Of a DNA stretch of 64,000 nucleotides, positions 18,736 through 28,157 are shown one piece after another. Under the pieces are notes generated by a model. It saw only the letters and a list, made by a program, of their open reading frames with translations. It searched no databases and was not told the origin of the DNA. The number at the start of each line of letters is the position of its first letter. Positions within the stretch are counted from its first letter, which is position 1. Location: contig DASYRN010000030.1 in the NCBI GenBank assembly GCA_036004365.1, positions 705 through 64,704 on the forward strand. Reading direction: 5' to 3'. Made by a program: the position numbers and the translations under genes. The DNA is from Candidatus Binatia bacterium. GTDB taxonomy: Bacteria > Desulfobacterota > Binatia > UBA9968.

Positions 18736-19062
18736 ATGAGGAAAACTTGGTTCATACCTGTTTTGGCTGTTTTAATGTTAACCGTGGTCGGCTGTTCGCG
18801 CCCACTCACCCAGAGAGAGGAGGGTGGCCTGATCGGAGGTTTCATTGGTGCGGGTAGCGGCGCGATCATCGGCAGCACCGTCGGGCATGCGGCCGCTGGC
18901 GCAGCTATCGGCGGACCGATTGGACTCATCGCGGGTGCCCTCATTGGCGACCAGATGATGAGCCAGGCGAGTTACACGCAACGCAGCGACTCTAATCAAG
19001 CCGAATTAGAACGGCTGAGAAGAGAAAACAGACGCTTGCGAGAGCAGCGGGCAGAGTGGTAG
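18736..19062 (+). CDS. Glycine-zipper lipoprotein, paralog of the 17716..18069 gene
   Basis: RBS AAAGGAGG before the ATG at 18736. Lipobox VVGCS. Glycine zipper (GGLIGGFIGAGSGAIIGSTVG...). C-terminal ELERLRRENRRLREQ parallels the paralog. Confidence 0.55.
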   Translation: MRKTWFIPVLAVLMLTVVGCSRPLTQREEGGLIGGFIGAGSGAIIGSTVGHAAAGAAIGGPIGLIAGALIGDQMMSQASYTQRSDSNQAELERLRRENRRLREQRAEW

Positions 19063-19312
19063 CGGGGTTACGGCTCCGTTGCGAAACGTGTATAGTAGAG
19101 AGAAGCAGGGGAGCCTGCTCCTCGGCGCGAGCCAAGGGGCCTCTGCTTGTCTCTTTCAGAGGCCGCCAATCTCTTAGTTTCACTTCCCTCGAGGCACTTC
19201 TTCCGAGGAACCAAACTTCTTTACGTAGAATCTACTTGGAATTGACTTAGCCAACCTTTTACGCATATTCTCTCTTCCGCCGGATTTCAAATATTCACTC
19301 GAGGAGGGGAAT

Positions 19313-20320
19313 ATGAAGGTCATCGACGCCGACGGACACATTGTCGAGAGAGATCGCGATATCCGAGCCCATCTGCCCGAGCCGTACTGCAACCGCCGCG
19401 GTCCCCTTATTCCGTCGGACGGATTGGACACCAGCATGGGAGGGCGCCTCGGCGGGCTTGAAGATAACGACCTACCGACCCGCCTCAGAGATATGGATCA
19501 AGAGGGAATCGATGTCTCGGTTCTTTTTCCTACCAGTAGCTTCTCCCTGATCAGCTTCGTCGAAAGTAACTATGCCATTGCCTACGCGCGCGCCTACAAC
19601 AATTTCATTTCCGATATCTGCAGGCAGAGCCCTCGTCTCAAAGGGATCGCGCTGGTCCCTTTTCAGGATGTGAGAGCCGCCGTGGATGAGGTCGACCGGG
19701 CCATCACCAAGCTTGGACTAGCCGCGGTCGCTGTGGCTTCCCAGGGAATGAAGGAGCATTTGGGCTCAGAGAAATTTTGGCCGATCTATGATGAGATCCA
19801 GCGCCTCAATGTCCCCTTTTGTGTCCATAACCGGCGCCAGGGGCCTGCCGGAGAGCAGCGCTTCGACAGTTTTCTCTACATGCATACGATTGGCCGGCCC
19901 GTGGAGACGTTTATTCAGTTCGCGGGGCTCATCTACGGCGGCGTAGCGGAGAGATTTGCTAAGCTGAGAATCGGCTTCCTCGAGTGTGGGGTCGGTTGGG
20001 TTCCCTACTGGATGGAGCGCATGGATGAGGAATGGGAAAAGCGGGGAAAGCTGGAAGCCCCTTTGTGCAAGAGGAAGCCCAGCGAATATGTCATCCACGG
20101 CAATTGGTTTTTCGCTGCAGAGCCGGAAGAGGGAATGCTTCCCTACGTCATCGAGCGCATCGGAGAGGATAAAATTCTCTTCGCCTCTGACTATCCCCAC
20201 TGGGATGGGATCTTTCCCCACGTGGTTTCCACTATTCGAGGGAGGAAAGACATTTCGGAGAGCGCTAAAGAAAAGCTCTTAGGCCGCAACGCCGAAAGGT
20301 TTTACGGCTGGGCACAGTGA
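19313..20320 (+). CDS. Amidohydrolase-2 family metal-dependent hydrolase (ACMSD-like TIM barrel)
   Basis: MKVIDADGHI N-terminus. C-terminal ASDYPHWDG motif. Confidence 0.8.
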   Translation: MKVIDADGHIVERDRDIRAHLPEPYCNRRGPLIPSDGLDTSMGGRLGGLEDNDLPTRLRDMDQEGIDVSVLFPTSSFSLISFVESNYAIAYARAYNNFISDICRQSPRLKGIALVPFQDVRAAVDEVDRAITKLGLAAVAVASQGMKEHLGSEKFWPIYDEIQRLNVPFCVHNRRQGPAGEQRFDSFLYMHTIGRPVETFIQFAGLIYGGVAERFAKLRIGFLECGVGWVPYWMERMDEEWEKRGKLEAPLCKRKPSEYVIHGNWFFAAEPEEGMLPYVIERIGEDKILFASDYPHWDGIFPHVVSTIRGRKDISESAKEKLLGRNAERFYGWAQ

Positions 20321-20347
20321 GAAAGAACGGGCGCTGTAGAGGCGAAC

Positions 20348-20923
20348 TTACGGTACCTTCCATAGATAGATAAAATGCGTGTGATACCAGCCGCCGTCCA
20401 TTTTTTCCACTTTAATGGGAATCCAGCCGTCGATGCCAAAATCATGGGAGACCACACGGGAGCCGGATCTTAACTGCCGATCAAAGATCGGCCGAAGTTT
20501 GGCGTTGAATTCGGGAAGCATGTACAAGGTCACCACGCTTGCGGGCGAGACGTCGACGGTGAGGGCATCCTGCTCGCGGAACTCTACTAAGTGATCGACT
20601 CCCTCATCCTTTGCCTTTGCCCGAGAGCGCTGGACTAAATCAGGATCGATCTCAACCCCTACCGCCTTAACTCCGTATTTCTTTGCCGCCCTGATGACGA
20701 CCCGCCCGTCGCCACTTCCCAAGTCGTAAAGAACATCTCCCCTTTTGACCTCCGCTAGCTCAAGCATGCGGTCAACCACTTCGGGAGGAGTCGGGACAAA
20801 TGGGACTTCACCCGCAGTCCAAATCGTGGAACAGCCGGCGAATAATAGAAGGGCTAAGACCGTGGTCAGCTTGTAGTTTTCAGTTTCGAGTTTCAGGTTT
20901 CTAGTTTCTGGCACCGAAGTCAT
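20348..20923 (-). CDS. Class I SAM-dependent methyltransferase; putative lipoprotein, N-terminus uncertain
   Basis: Motif I VLYDLGSGDGRVVIRAAKKYG. The predicted 5' end is encoded by a heptamer tandem repeat. Confidence 0.7.
   Translation of the reverse strand: MTSVPETRNLKLETENYKLTTVLALLLFAGCSTIWTAGEVPFVPTPPEVVDRMLELAEVKRGDVLYDLGSGDGRVVIRAAKKYGVKAVGVEIDPDLVQRSRAKAKDEGVDHLVEFREQDALTVDVSPASVVTLYMLPEFNAKLRPIFDRQLRSGSRVVSHDFGIDGWIPIKVEKMDGGWYHTHFIYLWKVP
20875..20911. repeat. Heptamer tandem repeat (AGTTTCN) x5 overlapping the predicted 5' end of the methyltransferase gene
   Basis: AGTTTTC AGTTTCG AGTTTCA GGTTTCT AGTTTCT. Related AGTTTC motifs occur at 40711..40778. Confidence 0.6.
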
Positions 20924-21100
20924 TTATACTTTGTTCCTGTGACGCGGTCTTTCGCAACATCAATGTGGGAAACGACTTCCCCAACTGAAGTCTTCGCCGG
21001 ATTAGCATACCATCCGGCGCCTCACAAGGTCTTGACACGGGCACGCCACCTGTTTATTTAGGTGGCAACTCGTAACGCGGGTCTAAGAAAGGAGCGAGCT

Positions 21101-21817
21101 ATGGCGATCTGGGATGATGTTCTTACACAACGCGACAAAGAGGTTTTCTCGAAGTCCGGTTACGGCAAGCGCGCGGGATTTGGTCAGCGGCCGGCTGTCT
21201 TGGTCATCGACATGAATTACAACTTCGTCGGCGACAAGCCTGAACCGATTCTCAAGTCGATCGAGCGATTCCGTAATAGCTGCGGCGAAGAGGGATGGGA
21301 AGGGGTCTACCGCATTCGTGAGCTTCTCGAGGAGGCGCGGAAGAAGAAACTGCCGAGCTTTTACACAACGGGCCATGAGGGTGGGAGCTCCATGTCTTTC
21401 GGTCGCTGGCACGGGAAAAACAGCCGGGGCTCGGAGGACATGAGTGGTGCCTGGGCGAAGGGAAACGAAATCATAGCGGAGATAGCGCCGCAAGACGGTG
21501 ATGTGGTCATCCGGAAGCAAAAGCCAAGCCCGTTTTTTGGAACTCCGCTGATCAGCATGCTCAATGAAGTGCATGCCGATACCGTGCTGGTCACGGGCTG
21601 CACCACCAGCGGCTGCGTTCGAGCAGGCGTGATCGATGCCTTCTCTTATAATTTTCGCGTCTGCGTTGTCGAGGAGTGTGTTTTCGACCGTGGTCAAGCC
21701 TCGCATAAGATCAACCTCTTCGACATGAACGCAAAATACGCCGACGTCATTTCTTTGAAAGAGGCCGTAGAATACATCCAAAGCCTGCCGGATAATCTCT
21801 ACGCCCCAGCGCTGTAA
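21101..21817 (+). CDS. Isochorismatase-family hydrolase (N-carbamoylsarcosine amidase-like)
   Basis: AVLVIDMNYNF ... VLVTGCTTSGCVRAGVIDA. RBS AAAGGAG before the ATG at 21101. Confidence 0.65.
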   Translation: MAIWDDVLTQRDKEVFSKSGYGKRAGFGQRPAVLVIDMNYNFVGDKPEPILKSIERFRNSCGEEGWEGVYRIRELLEEARKKKLPSFYTTGHEGGSSMSFGRWHGKNSRGSEDMSGAWAKGNEIIAEIAPQDGDVVIRKQKPSPFFGTPLISMLNEVHADTVLVTGCTTSGCVRAGVIDAFSYNFRVCVVEECVFDRGQASHKINLFDMNAKYADVISLKEAVEYIQSLPDNLYAPAL

Positions 21818-21844
21818 TAAATTTTGAGTTGTGAGTGCTGAATC

Positions 21845-22948
21845 TTGATCACGGCTCATGCCGACGTCGTCGGAAGCCTGCTTAGGCCGCCGGAGCTTCT
21901 TGAGGCCCAAGACCAACTCGCGGCCGGGACCATCAGTCCCCAGCAGTTCAAGAGGATCGAAGATCGCGCCGTGGACAGCGCCATCGCCTTGCAGGAAGAA
22001 GTCAACCTCCAAGTCGTGACCGATGGCGAGATGCGCCGGCAGTCTTTTCAAAGCCAGATGACCGCTGCGGTCAGCGGCTTTGGCGAATTCACCCTGGACG
22101 CCTTTCTCTGGGGCCATTGGTACGACGAAGAAGGAATTCACAGAACACCCCGGCCGCGTCGATTAGGCGTCGTCGCCAAGCTCGTCCGCCAGCACTACCT
22201 TTCAGTGGATGAATTCGTCTACCTGAAAACTAAAACCAACCACACAGCTAAAATCACGCTGCCGAGCCCTGGGCTGTGGGTTAACTTCTGGTCTGCCAAA
22301 CATTCGAAGGCCGCTTACGCGACGCTTGATAGTTTTCTTGCCGACATCGTCCAAATCTTACGGGATGAGATCAAAGAATTGATTCGACTCGGTGCCACTT
22401 ACATTCAATTAGACGCGCCTCACTATGGTCTCCTGCTTGACCCCAAGACGCGACGCTTTTATGAAAGGCAGGGCTGGCGCTTGGACCAGTGGCTTTCACT
22501 GGGAGTCGAATTAGACAACGCCGTGATGGAGGGCTTTCCTGGGGTCACGTTCGGCTTTCATGTTTGACGCGGGAATCAAGGCAGCCGGTGGCTGTCCGAA
22601 GGCGGTTACGAACCTGTCAGTCGGCAGCTGTTTCGTAGGGTGAATGCGCAGCGGCTCCTGCTTGAATACGATGATGGCCGCTCTGGCTCGTTTGAGGCGC
22701 TTAAGGATGTACCGGAAGATAAGTTCGTGGTGTTGGGGTTGGTGACGACCAAGAGGGCGCGCTTGGAAAATATGGAGGAACTCAAGCAGAAGGTATCCGA
22801 GGCCGGCCGCTATGTTCCGTTGGAGAGGTTGGGGATCAGCCCCCAGTGCGGCTTTGCCTCCTCTATCATCGGGAACAACATCTCTTTCGACGACCAGCGC
22901 TACAAGCTGAGACTTGTCGTAGACATCGCGCAGCAGATCTGGGGTTGA
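21845..22948 (+). CDS. Cobalamin-independent methionine synthase-like (MetE C-terminal-domain homolog, Meth_synt_2) methyltransferase. It has one in-frame TGA at 22565-22567, at the conserved H-x-C zinc-ligand position. It is therefore either a candidate selenoprotein or a pseudogene.
   Basis: N-terminus VVGSLLRP ... QEEVNLQVVTDGEMRR and C-terminus SPQCGFAS (like NPDCGLKT) match MetE-like proteins. The two ORFs 21845..22567 and 22640..22948 are in the same frame. They are separated only by a single TGA, read as GFHV-TGA-RGN. Confidence 0.5.
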
Positions 22949-22972
22949 GAGAGTCTCGGTAAGGGGTTCATC

Positions 22973-23653
22973 ATGACGAAGAAAATTTTCTCGTGGCTAG
23001 GGAAAGAATTTGTGACGCTTTGCTCTGAGGCTCAATCGGGTGCGACAGCGACGGAGCAAACACGGGATCTCCTCCTGGGCTTTGATGGCGAGCTCAAGGG
23101 GATGGGTCTTTCAGTAGAGAATACAGTCCGCACCCGGCTCTGGGGCAGAGATCGAGAAAGCAGGGATCTGGGAGGGACGGAAAGGTTCAAGATCCTATCG
23201 GGCAGGGCTCGGTCAGCGAGTTCCAGCTACATCTCGCCCCTCCATTTCGATTCCGGCGCTCGCGTCGCTTTGGACCTTCTCGCTATGAGACCCTCGCAAT
23301 CGGATGCTGAGAAAATTCTTAAGGAATATGACCCACCCATTGTTCCCCTGCGGTATCTGATCTACGATTCTGTCCTCTTTCTCTCCGGGGTGACGACCGT
23401 TCTTCCCGGGCTGGAAGATCAGGTGGCCAACATTCTGCCACGGATCTCAGCTTCTCTTACCGATGCGGGCAGCTCCTGGGATCGAGTGGTCAACGTTTCC
23501 TTCTATCTCCATAGAAGCCAGAAGGCCGAAACACTCCGAGAGTTATTCCGAAAAACGGTCCAAGCTAAGATTCCGAAATTGGAATACTCTTGGGTGGACG
23601 GATACTCCGCGGAGGGGAAGCTGATTGAGATCGAGACTACCGCTAAGTGCTAA
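22973..23653 (+). CDS. RidA/YjgF-like (endoribonuclease L-PSP fold) family protein, tentative
   Basis: Two YjgF-like segments (NTVRTRLW ...; VVNVSFYL...). Confidence 0.4.
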   Translation: MTKKIFSWLGKEFVTLCSEAQSGATATEQTRDLLLGFDGELKGMGLSVENTVRTRLWGRDRESRDLGGTERFKILSGRARSASSSYISPLHFDSGARVALDLLAMRPSQSDAEKILKEYDPPIVPLRYLIYDSVLFLSGVTTVLPGLEDQVANILPRISASLTDAGSSWDRVVNVSFYLHRSQKAETLRELFRKTVQAKIPKLEYSWVDGYSAEGKLIEIETTAKC

Positions 23654-24405
23654 GTCAGTCCCTGTCGCAGAGAGCGCACGAGCAGAACTACTCCGATCAC
23701 AAACAGTACAAGAAGCAGACCGCGATTGAAAGTTTGCTGGTTGACACGGTCCTGGACCTTCAGTCCGACGTAAAAACCCAGCAGGACAAACAAAGTGACC
23801 TCCAACGATAGGGTCAAGGTTGACCGATTGAAAAGGTTCCACGTTGACACGGCAACGAGCTGGCTTACTTTGGTGACGATGAAGATCGTCGAAATGGATT
23901 TGATAAAATCCATCTTCTCTAGTTTGAGACCGTACAGATAAACCGCGAGCGCCGGGCCGGCCGCATTTGTCATCCCATTCAAAAACCCCCCGATCACGCC
24001 CACCGCAGGGGAAAGAATGCCTTCGGCACGGGGCGAAATTTCGAAGTCAAAATGAAAAAGGGTCGACGAAACGAAGATGAGCACCATCATGCCCAGGCAG
24101 AAATTGAGGATCCAGAGAGGTAGGGTAGCGAGAAACTTCGTCCCCAAGAAGACGCCGATGACGGTTAACAAGAGTAACCAGGCAAATCGCCGGAGCACCG
24201 CAACGGGAAAATGGCCGCGAAAGACCTGAGCGATGTCCATGACGATGTTGGGAATAATTAAGATAGTGATGGCAGTGCGGATGTCCAACAGAAGCGCAAC
24301 CATCGGGGTGGCGATCAGCGGAAACCCCAGGCCGGTCGTCCCTTTGACGAAAGCAGCGAGCAGCAGGGCTGCGGCGACGAGGATCGTTGTCTGATCGTAG
24401 GGCAC
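23650..24405 (-). CDS. TauE/SafE-family sulfite/anion exporter membrane protein
   Basis: About 250 aa with 7-8 TM segments. Duplicated GxGGG-like motifs (GTTGLGFPLIATP; GVIGGFLNGMTNAAG). Confidence 0.75.
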   Translation of the reverse strand: MPYDQTTILVAAALLLAAFVKGTTGLGFPLIATPMVALLLDIRTAITILIIPNIVMDIAQVFRGHFPVAVLRRFAWLLLLTVIGVFLGTKFLATLPLWILNFCLGMMVLIFVSSTLFHFDFEISPRAEGILSPAVGVIGGFLNGMTNAAGPALAVYLYGLKLEKMDFIKSISTIFIVTKVSQLVAVSTWNLFNRSTLTLSLEVTLFVLLGFYVGLKVQDRVNQQTFNRGLLLVLFVIGVVLLVRSLRQGLT

Positions 24406-24443
24406 TGTTGGAAACTCCTTAAAGATAGAGTAACGTCCTGGAC

Positions 24444-24896
24444 GTGAGATTTCTCCGTCGAACTCCGGTTCGAACCTTTCTTCTCTCTCCTCTTGTCACG
24501 CTCGCGTGGGAGTCTTTCTTAAACCGAGGCGGCTTGCGCATCAATCTCGTTTTTCTGCCGCTCATGCTCTGGGGTTATCTGCAGTACCGCCTGTGCGGAC
24601 TCTACAGAACAAAGCACGGTGGCGGCGGCCCCGGCCTGGAAAAGCCGCCCGTGCGGCTCGTCTCCGACGGACCCTACGCCTACAGCCGCAATCCGATGTA
24701 TCTTGGGCATGTTTTGTTCCTGATCGGCTTGGCTCTCACCCTCCAATCTCTCTTGGCAGCTTTGATCACGGTCGCAACAGCTCTTTGGTTTCATCGCCGT
24801 GTGCTGGAGGATGAAAGAAACTTGGCTCAATCTTTCGGTGAGCCGTACCTCCAGTACCGAGCCAAAGTGGCGCGCTGGGTTCCGGGTCTTTTTTGA
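24444..24896 (+). CDS. Isoprenylcysteine carboxyl methyltransferase (ICMT/PEMT) family membrane methyltransferase
   Basis: RNPMYLG motif and C-terminal EE...L..FG..Y..Y signature. Confidence 0.6.
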   Translation: MRFLRRTPVRTFLLSPLVTLAWESFLNRGGLRINLVFLPLMLWGYLQYRLCGLYRTKHGGGGPGLEKPPVRLVSDGPYAYSRNPMYLGHVLFLIGLALTLQSLLAALITVATALWFHRRVLEDERNLAQSFGEPYLQYRAKVARWVPGLF

Positions 24897-24928
24897 CGAG
24901 AGTGTGCTCGTTGACAACAACAAGGAGG

Positions 24929-25432
24929 CTAGTGGGCCCAGGAAATATGGATTAACTTTCGCAGCAGGGAAGCCAGCTCCTTCTGTTGCGCCTTGTTCAG
25001 GGGGGAGAAAAACTGCGAGATGCATTTTTCGAAAAGAGGGATGGTATTCTTATAGAGCTTGGTCCCTTTTTCCGTCAGTTTGACGCGGATGACCCGGCGA
25101 TCATCAGAGTCTCTTTCGCGGGTGACCAGACCCTTCTGTTCCAGTCGGTCAACGATACCGGTCAAGTTGCTCACCGTGACCATCATTTTCTCTCCGATGT
25201 CGCCGAAGGGAAGGCCTCCCGCGTAGCCGAGTGTCGCCAGAACATAGAATTGAGGCGGGGTAAGACCTAACTCTTCCAGACTGTCTTGCAGCTTTTTATT
25301 TGCGACGAGATTAAATCGAAGGAAGCGGATCCATAAGCTTGTGCTGTAGCGTGAGAAGAAGGGTCGTTTTCCAGTCGACACGCGAAAAAGTTTAGACTCA
25401 TGGGTCATAAAAAGCAACCCGCTTGTTTCCAT
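24929..25432 (-). CDS. MarR-family transcriptional regulator
   Basis: Winged HTH (LGLTPPQFYVLATL ... DRRVIRVKLTEKG). Start taken at an internal ATG; the ORF-tool start would overlap the divergent gene's promoter. Confidence 0.7.
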   Translation of the reverse strand: METSGLLFMTHESKLFRVSTGKRPFFSRYSTSLWIRFLRFNLVANKKLQDSLEELGLTPPQFYVLATLGYAGGLPFGDIGEKMMVTVSNLTGIVDRLEQKGLVTRERDSDDRRVIRVKLTEKGTKLYKNTIPLFEKCISQFFSPLNKAQQKELASLLRKLIHISWAH

Positions 25433-25525
25433 TCCTAGGGAGCGTGATCTTTCCGCTGCCCGAGGGAAATCTGTCAAAAAGGATAAAAAAAGCGATAAAT
25501 TCATACGGTCGAAATCGAGGTTATT

Positions 25526-26260
25526 ATGAAGCTTCACATTCTCGGTTGCGGAGACGCCTTTGGCAGCGGAGGCAGAAACAATAGCGGCTACCTTGTAGAA
25601 GCGAAGGATCGCCTCTTTCTTTTGGATTGCGGACCGACAACCCTTCTGGCGCTCAAGCGGGCGGGTTTTGATCCGAAACAGCTGGATGCCATCTTCTTGA
25701 GCCACCTGCACGGCGATCATTACGGCGGAGTGCCTTTCTTTTTGTTGGAGTACTTATACGAAAATCCGCGCGCTACGGCTCTTCATGTCGCGGGTCCACC
25801 GGGAACTGAAGAGCGGGTGAAGAACCTCTACCGCTTGATGTTTGGCGACGCCGCGGAGGTAACGGAACTTCCTCCGATCGTGTTTGATGTGCTGGAATCA
25901 GAGCGGCAAGAGGCGATTGGGGGAATTCAAGTTCTTCCCTTTCGCGTCCCCCACCAAGTTCGTGACATCTCCTTAGGTTTCAAATTGACTTATGAAGGAA
26001 AGCGAATTCTCTATTCGGGAGATTCCGCGTGGACCGATGTCTTTATCACGCATGCTCGAGGAGTGGACCTCTTCCTCTGTGAGTGCTGCTTCTACGATCG
26101 GGAATCTCCTAATCACATGAACTACAGAAAGCTTCAAGAAAACCTTTCGCGGCTGGAATGCAGACGCCTCGTTTTAACGCACATGAGCAGCGAGATGCTG
26201 ACAAGGAAGGGCGAATTGCCAGTGGAAGTGGCCGAAGACGGGATGGTGATCGAAATCTAG
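25526..26260 (+). CDS. MBL-fold metallo-hydrolase
   Basis: HLHGDH zinc-binding motif. About 244 aa. Confidence 0.75.
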   Translation: MKLHILGCGDAFGSGGRNNSGYLVEAKDRLFLLDCGPTTLLALKRAGFDPKQLDAIFLSHLHGDHYGGVPFFLLEYLYENPRATALHVAGPPGTEERVKNLYRLMFGDAAEVTELPPIVFDVLESERQEAIGGIQVLPFRVPHQVRDISLGFKLTYEGKRILYSGDSAWTDVFITHARGVDLFLCECCFYDRESPNHMNYRKLQENLSRLECRRLVLTHMSSEMLTRKGELPVEVAEDGMVIEI

Positions 26261-26289
26261 GATGGGGTCTTCTTCAATAGGCCGGACGA

Positions 26290-27627
26290 TCAGCTCGGTC
26301 TTTCGGCAGACTCGTTTACGGGAGATGCAGGCAGGATGATAGCCCGGTAGCCGCTTTTTTGCTCAATTTCGCGTGCGGCCTCTTGAGCTTGGATCAGCTG
26401 CAGGTAGGGACCGATCCGGACCCGGTAGGTCGTTTCTCCATTATTGAGCGCGGCTCTCTCTAGGAAGGCCTGATAGCCTCCTTCCAGGATCCACTTTTGC
26501 AGGTTCTCTGCTCGCTCCCGTTCTCTGAAGGAAGCGATCTGGAGAACGTATCCGTCAGTTGATTGAATCCGGGTCTCTTCCTCTGAGGTAAGGATAGAAG
26601 GGGACGCTTTGGGTTGACGGACGAGAAGTTTCCCGTTCGCAAAGACGGGCGCGACAGGCGCGGTGATTTTTAAGGTTTCGTGGTTGTCCAGCCCGTGCTC
26701 AAGGAGTCTTCTTACGTCTCCCCACAGGTCCCTGGAACCCATGACCGATACGATCAGGGTAGTTCCGTTGCGGGAGACTCCACCCACGAAGCACTTCTGC
26801 GCCGCAAAGGTATAGCCGGTCTTGCCTCCGATAGCCCCATCAAAATTCCAGAGCAGACGATTATGGCTGCGGACGGATATGCGCCGCATCTTTCTGGTCT
26901 TCCCGGACGATATGAAACTCACGGAACCCGTCTTGGTCTGGATGATTTCACGGAATTCAGGATTCTTCATGGCATAGCTAAAAATCAACGCCATGTCCTT
27001 GGCTGTGGAATAATGCTCCGGAGCGGTCAACCCGTGCGGGTTCACGAAGCGGCTGTTGATGGCCCCGATCTCACGCGCCTTTAGATTCATGAGTTCTCCA
27101 AAACGTGCCACCGACCCTGCAAGTCCTTCAGCCAAAACGATACCCGCGTCGTTGGCGGAAGTAAGGAGCAGGCCATAGAGAAGATCATGAATGCTCATGC
27201 TTTGGCCCACCCTAAGATTGAGTTTCGACGACGGAACGCGCGTGGCGCTCTTGGTCACGCGCAGGAGCTCCGTCGGCCGCCTTCCACTTTCCAGGGCTAC
27301 GATGGCAGTAAGAATTTTTGTCGTGCTCGCCGGCGAGAGAGATAGGTCAGCTTCCCGCTGATAGAGAACTTGGCCGCTATTGGCATCCACGAGGAAGGCT
27401 GCTCGAGCCGTGACTCTTTCCTCGGCAAAATAGGACCACGCCGCGGGGAAAGGGAAGGCAATCAGAAAAAGGAAGAGCAGGAAGAGGAAAAGATACTGTT
27501 TCTGGCCTTTCAGAACGCTTGATCCTCCTTGAGGCTGTACTCCGTTGAGAATACGACCCACCCTTATACCATAAATGGGCGCATTCGGGTAGAGCTCATG
27601 GACAAATGAGCCGAGAATGGATTGCAT
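26290..27627 (-). CDS. D-alanyl-D-alanine carboxypeptidase (serine-type, PBP5/6 class) with C-terminal SPOR domain
   Basis: SxxK (PASTTKILTA), SxN and KTG boxes. C-terminal SPOR-like segment (YVLQIASFRERERAENL). N-terminal start is uncertain. Confidence 0.7.
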   Translation of the reverse strand: MQSILGSFVHELYPNAPIYGIRVGRILNGVQPQGGSSVLKGQKQYLFLFLLFLFLIAFPFPAAWSYFAEERVTARAAFLVDANSGQVLYQREADLSLSPASTTKILTAIVALESGRRPTELLRVTKSATRVPSSKLNLRVGQSMSIHDLLYGLLLTSANDAGIVLAEGLAGSVARFGELMNLKAREIGAINSRFVNPHGLTAPEHYSTAKDMALIFSYAMKNPEFREIIQTKTGSVSFISSGKTRKMRRISVRSHNRLLWNFDGAIGGKTGYTFAAQKCFVGGVSRNGTTLIVSVMGSRDLWGDVRRLLEHGLDNHETLKITAPVAPVFANGKLLVRQPKASPSILTSEEETRIQSTDGYVLQIASFRERERAENLQKWILEGGYQAFLERAALNNGETTYRVRIGPYLQLIQAQEAAREIEQKSGYRAIILPASPVNESAERPS

Positions 27628-27645
27628 GAAAAGTGAAAATCTCTT

Positions 27646-28131
27646 TTATTGAAGCTGCTGTTGGATGGCTTCCACGGCCTGTCGGGCTAGGGGATAGTTG
27701 GGTTCAATCGCAAGTGCCTTTTCGAATTCCTCAAGAGCCTTCTTCAGCATCCCTTTGGCTAAATAGACGCGGCCCAGATTGCAGTGCGGATAGTGATACG
27801 CCTCGTATCGCCCGGCTTGGATCGCTTTTTCAAGCCACGGGATGGCCTCATCAAGATTTCCAAGGTTGATCAGGTAAGCTCCGATATCGTTGTACGGATT
27901 GCCGAACTCCGGGTCGATGGCTATCGCCTTCTTACATTCCTCAATTGCGTCGTCGTAGCGCCCCAAAAAACTATAGGTCCAGCCAAGAAAGGTATACGCC
28001 TCTGCCGTCGGCCAACAATGAATGGATTGTCGGTACAGGTCCATAGCCCGTTCCAGGTCGCCTGCCATTTGATGGTGGTAGGCCTCCTGGAAGAGCTTCA
28101 AGGCCTTTTCCAAATTTTCTCTACTATCCAT
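27646..28131 (-). CDS. Tetratricopeptide (TPR) repeat protein
   Basis: Four TPR-like units (AYTFLGWTYSFLGRYDDAIEECKKAIAIDP, etc.). Confidence 0.7.
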   Translation of the reverse strand: MDSRENLEKALKLFQEAYHHQMAGDLERAMDLYRQSIHCWPTAEAYTFLGWTYSFLGRYDDAIEECKKAIAIDPEFGNPYNDIGAYLINLGNLDEAIPWLEKAIQAGRYEAYHYPHCNLGRVYLAKGMLKKALEEFEKALAIEPNYPLARQAVEAIQQQLQ

Positions 28132-28157
28132 TTTCGCCGATCATTGCTGAGGCGAGG

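Noticed and set aside
21083-22141. 352-aa minus-strand ORF
   Set aside because: Antisense to two well-supported plus-strand genes (the isochorismatase-like and MetE-like genes). Composition typical of a shadow frame.
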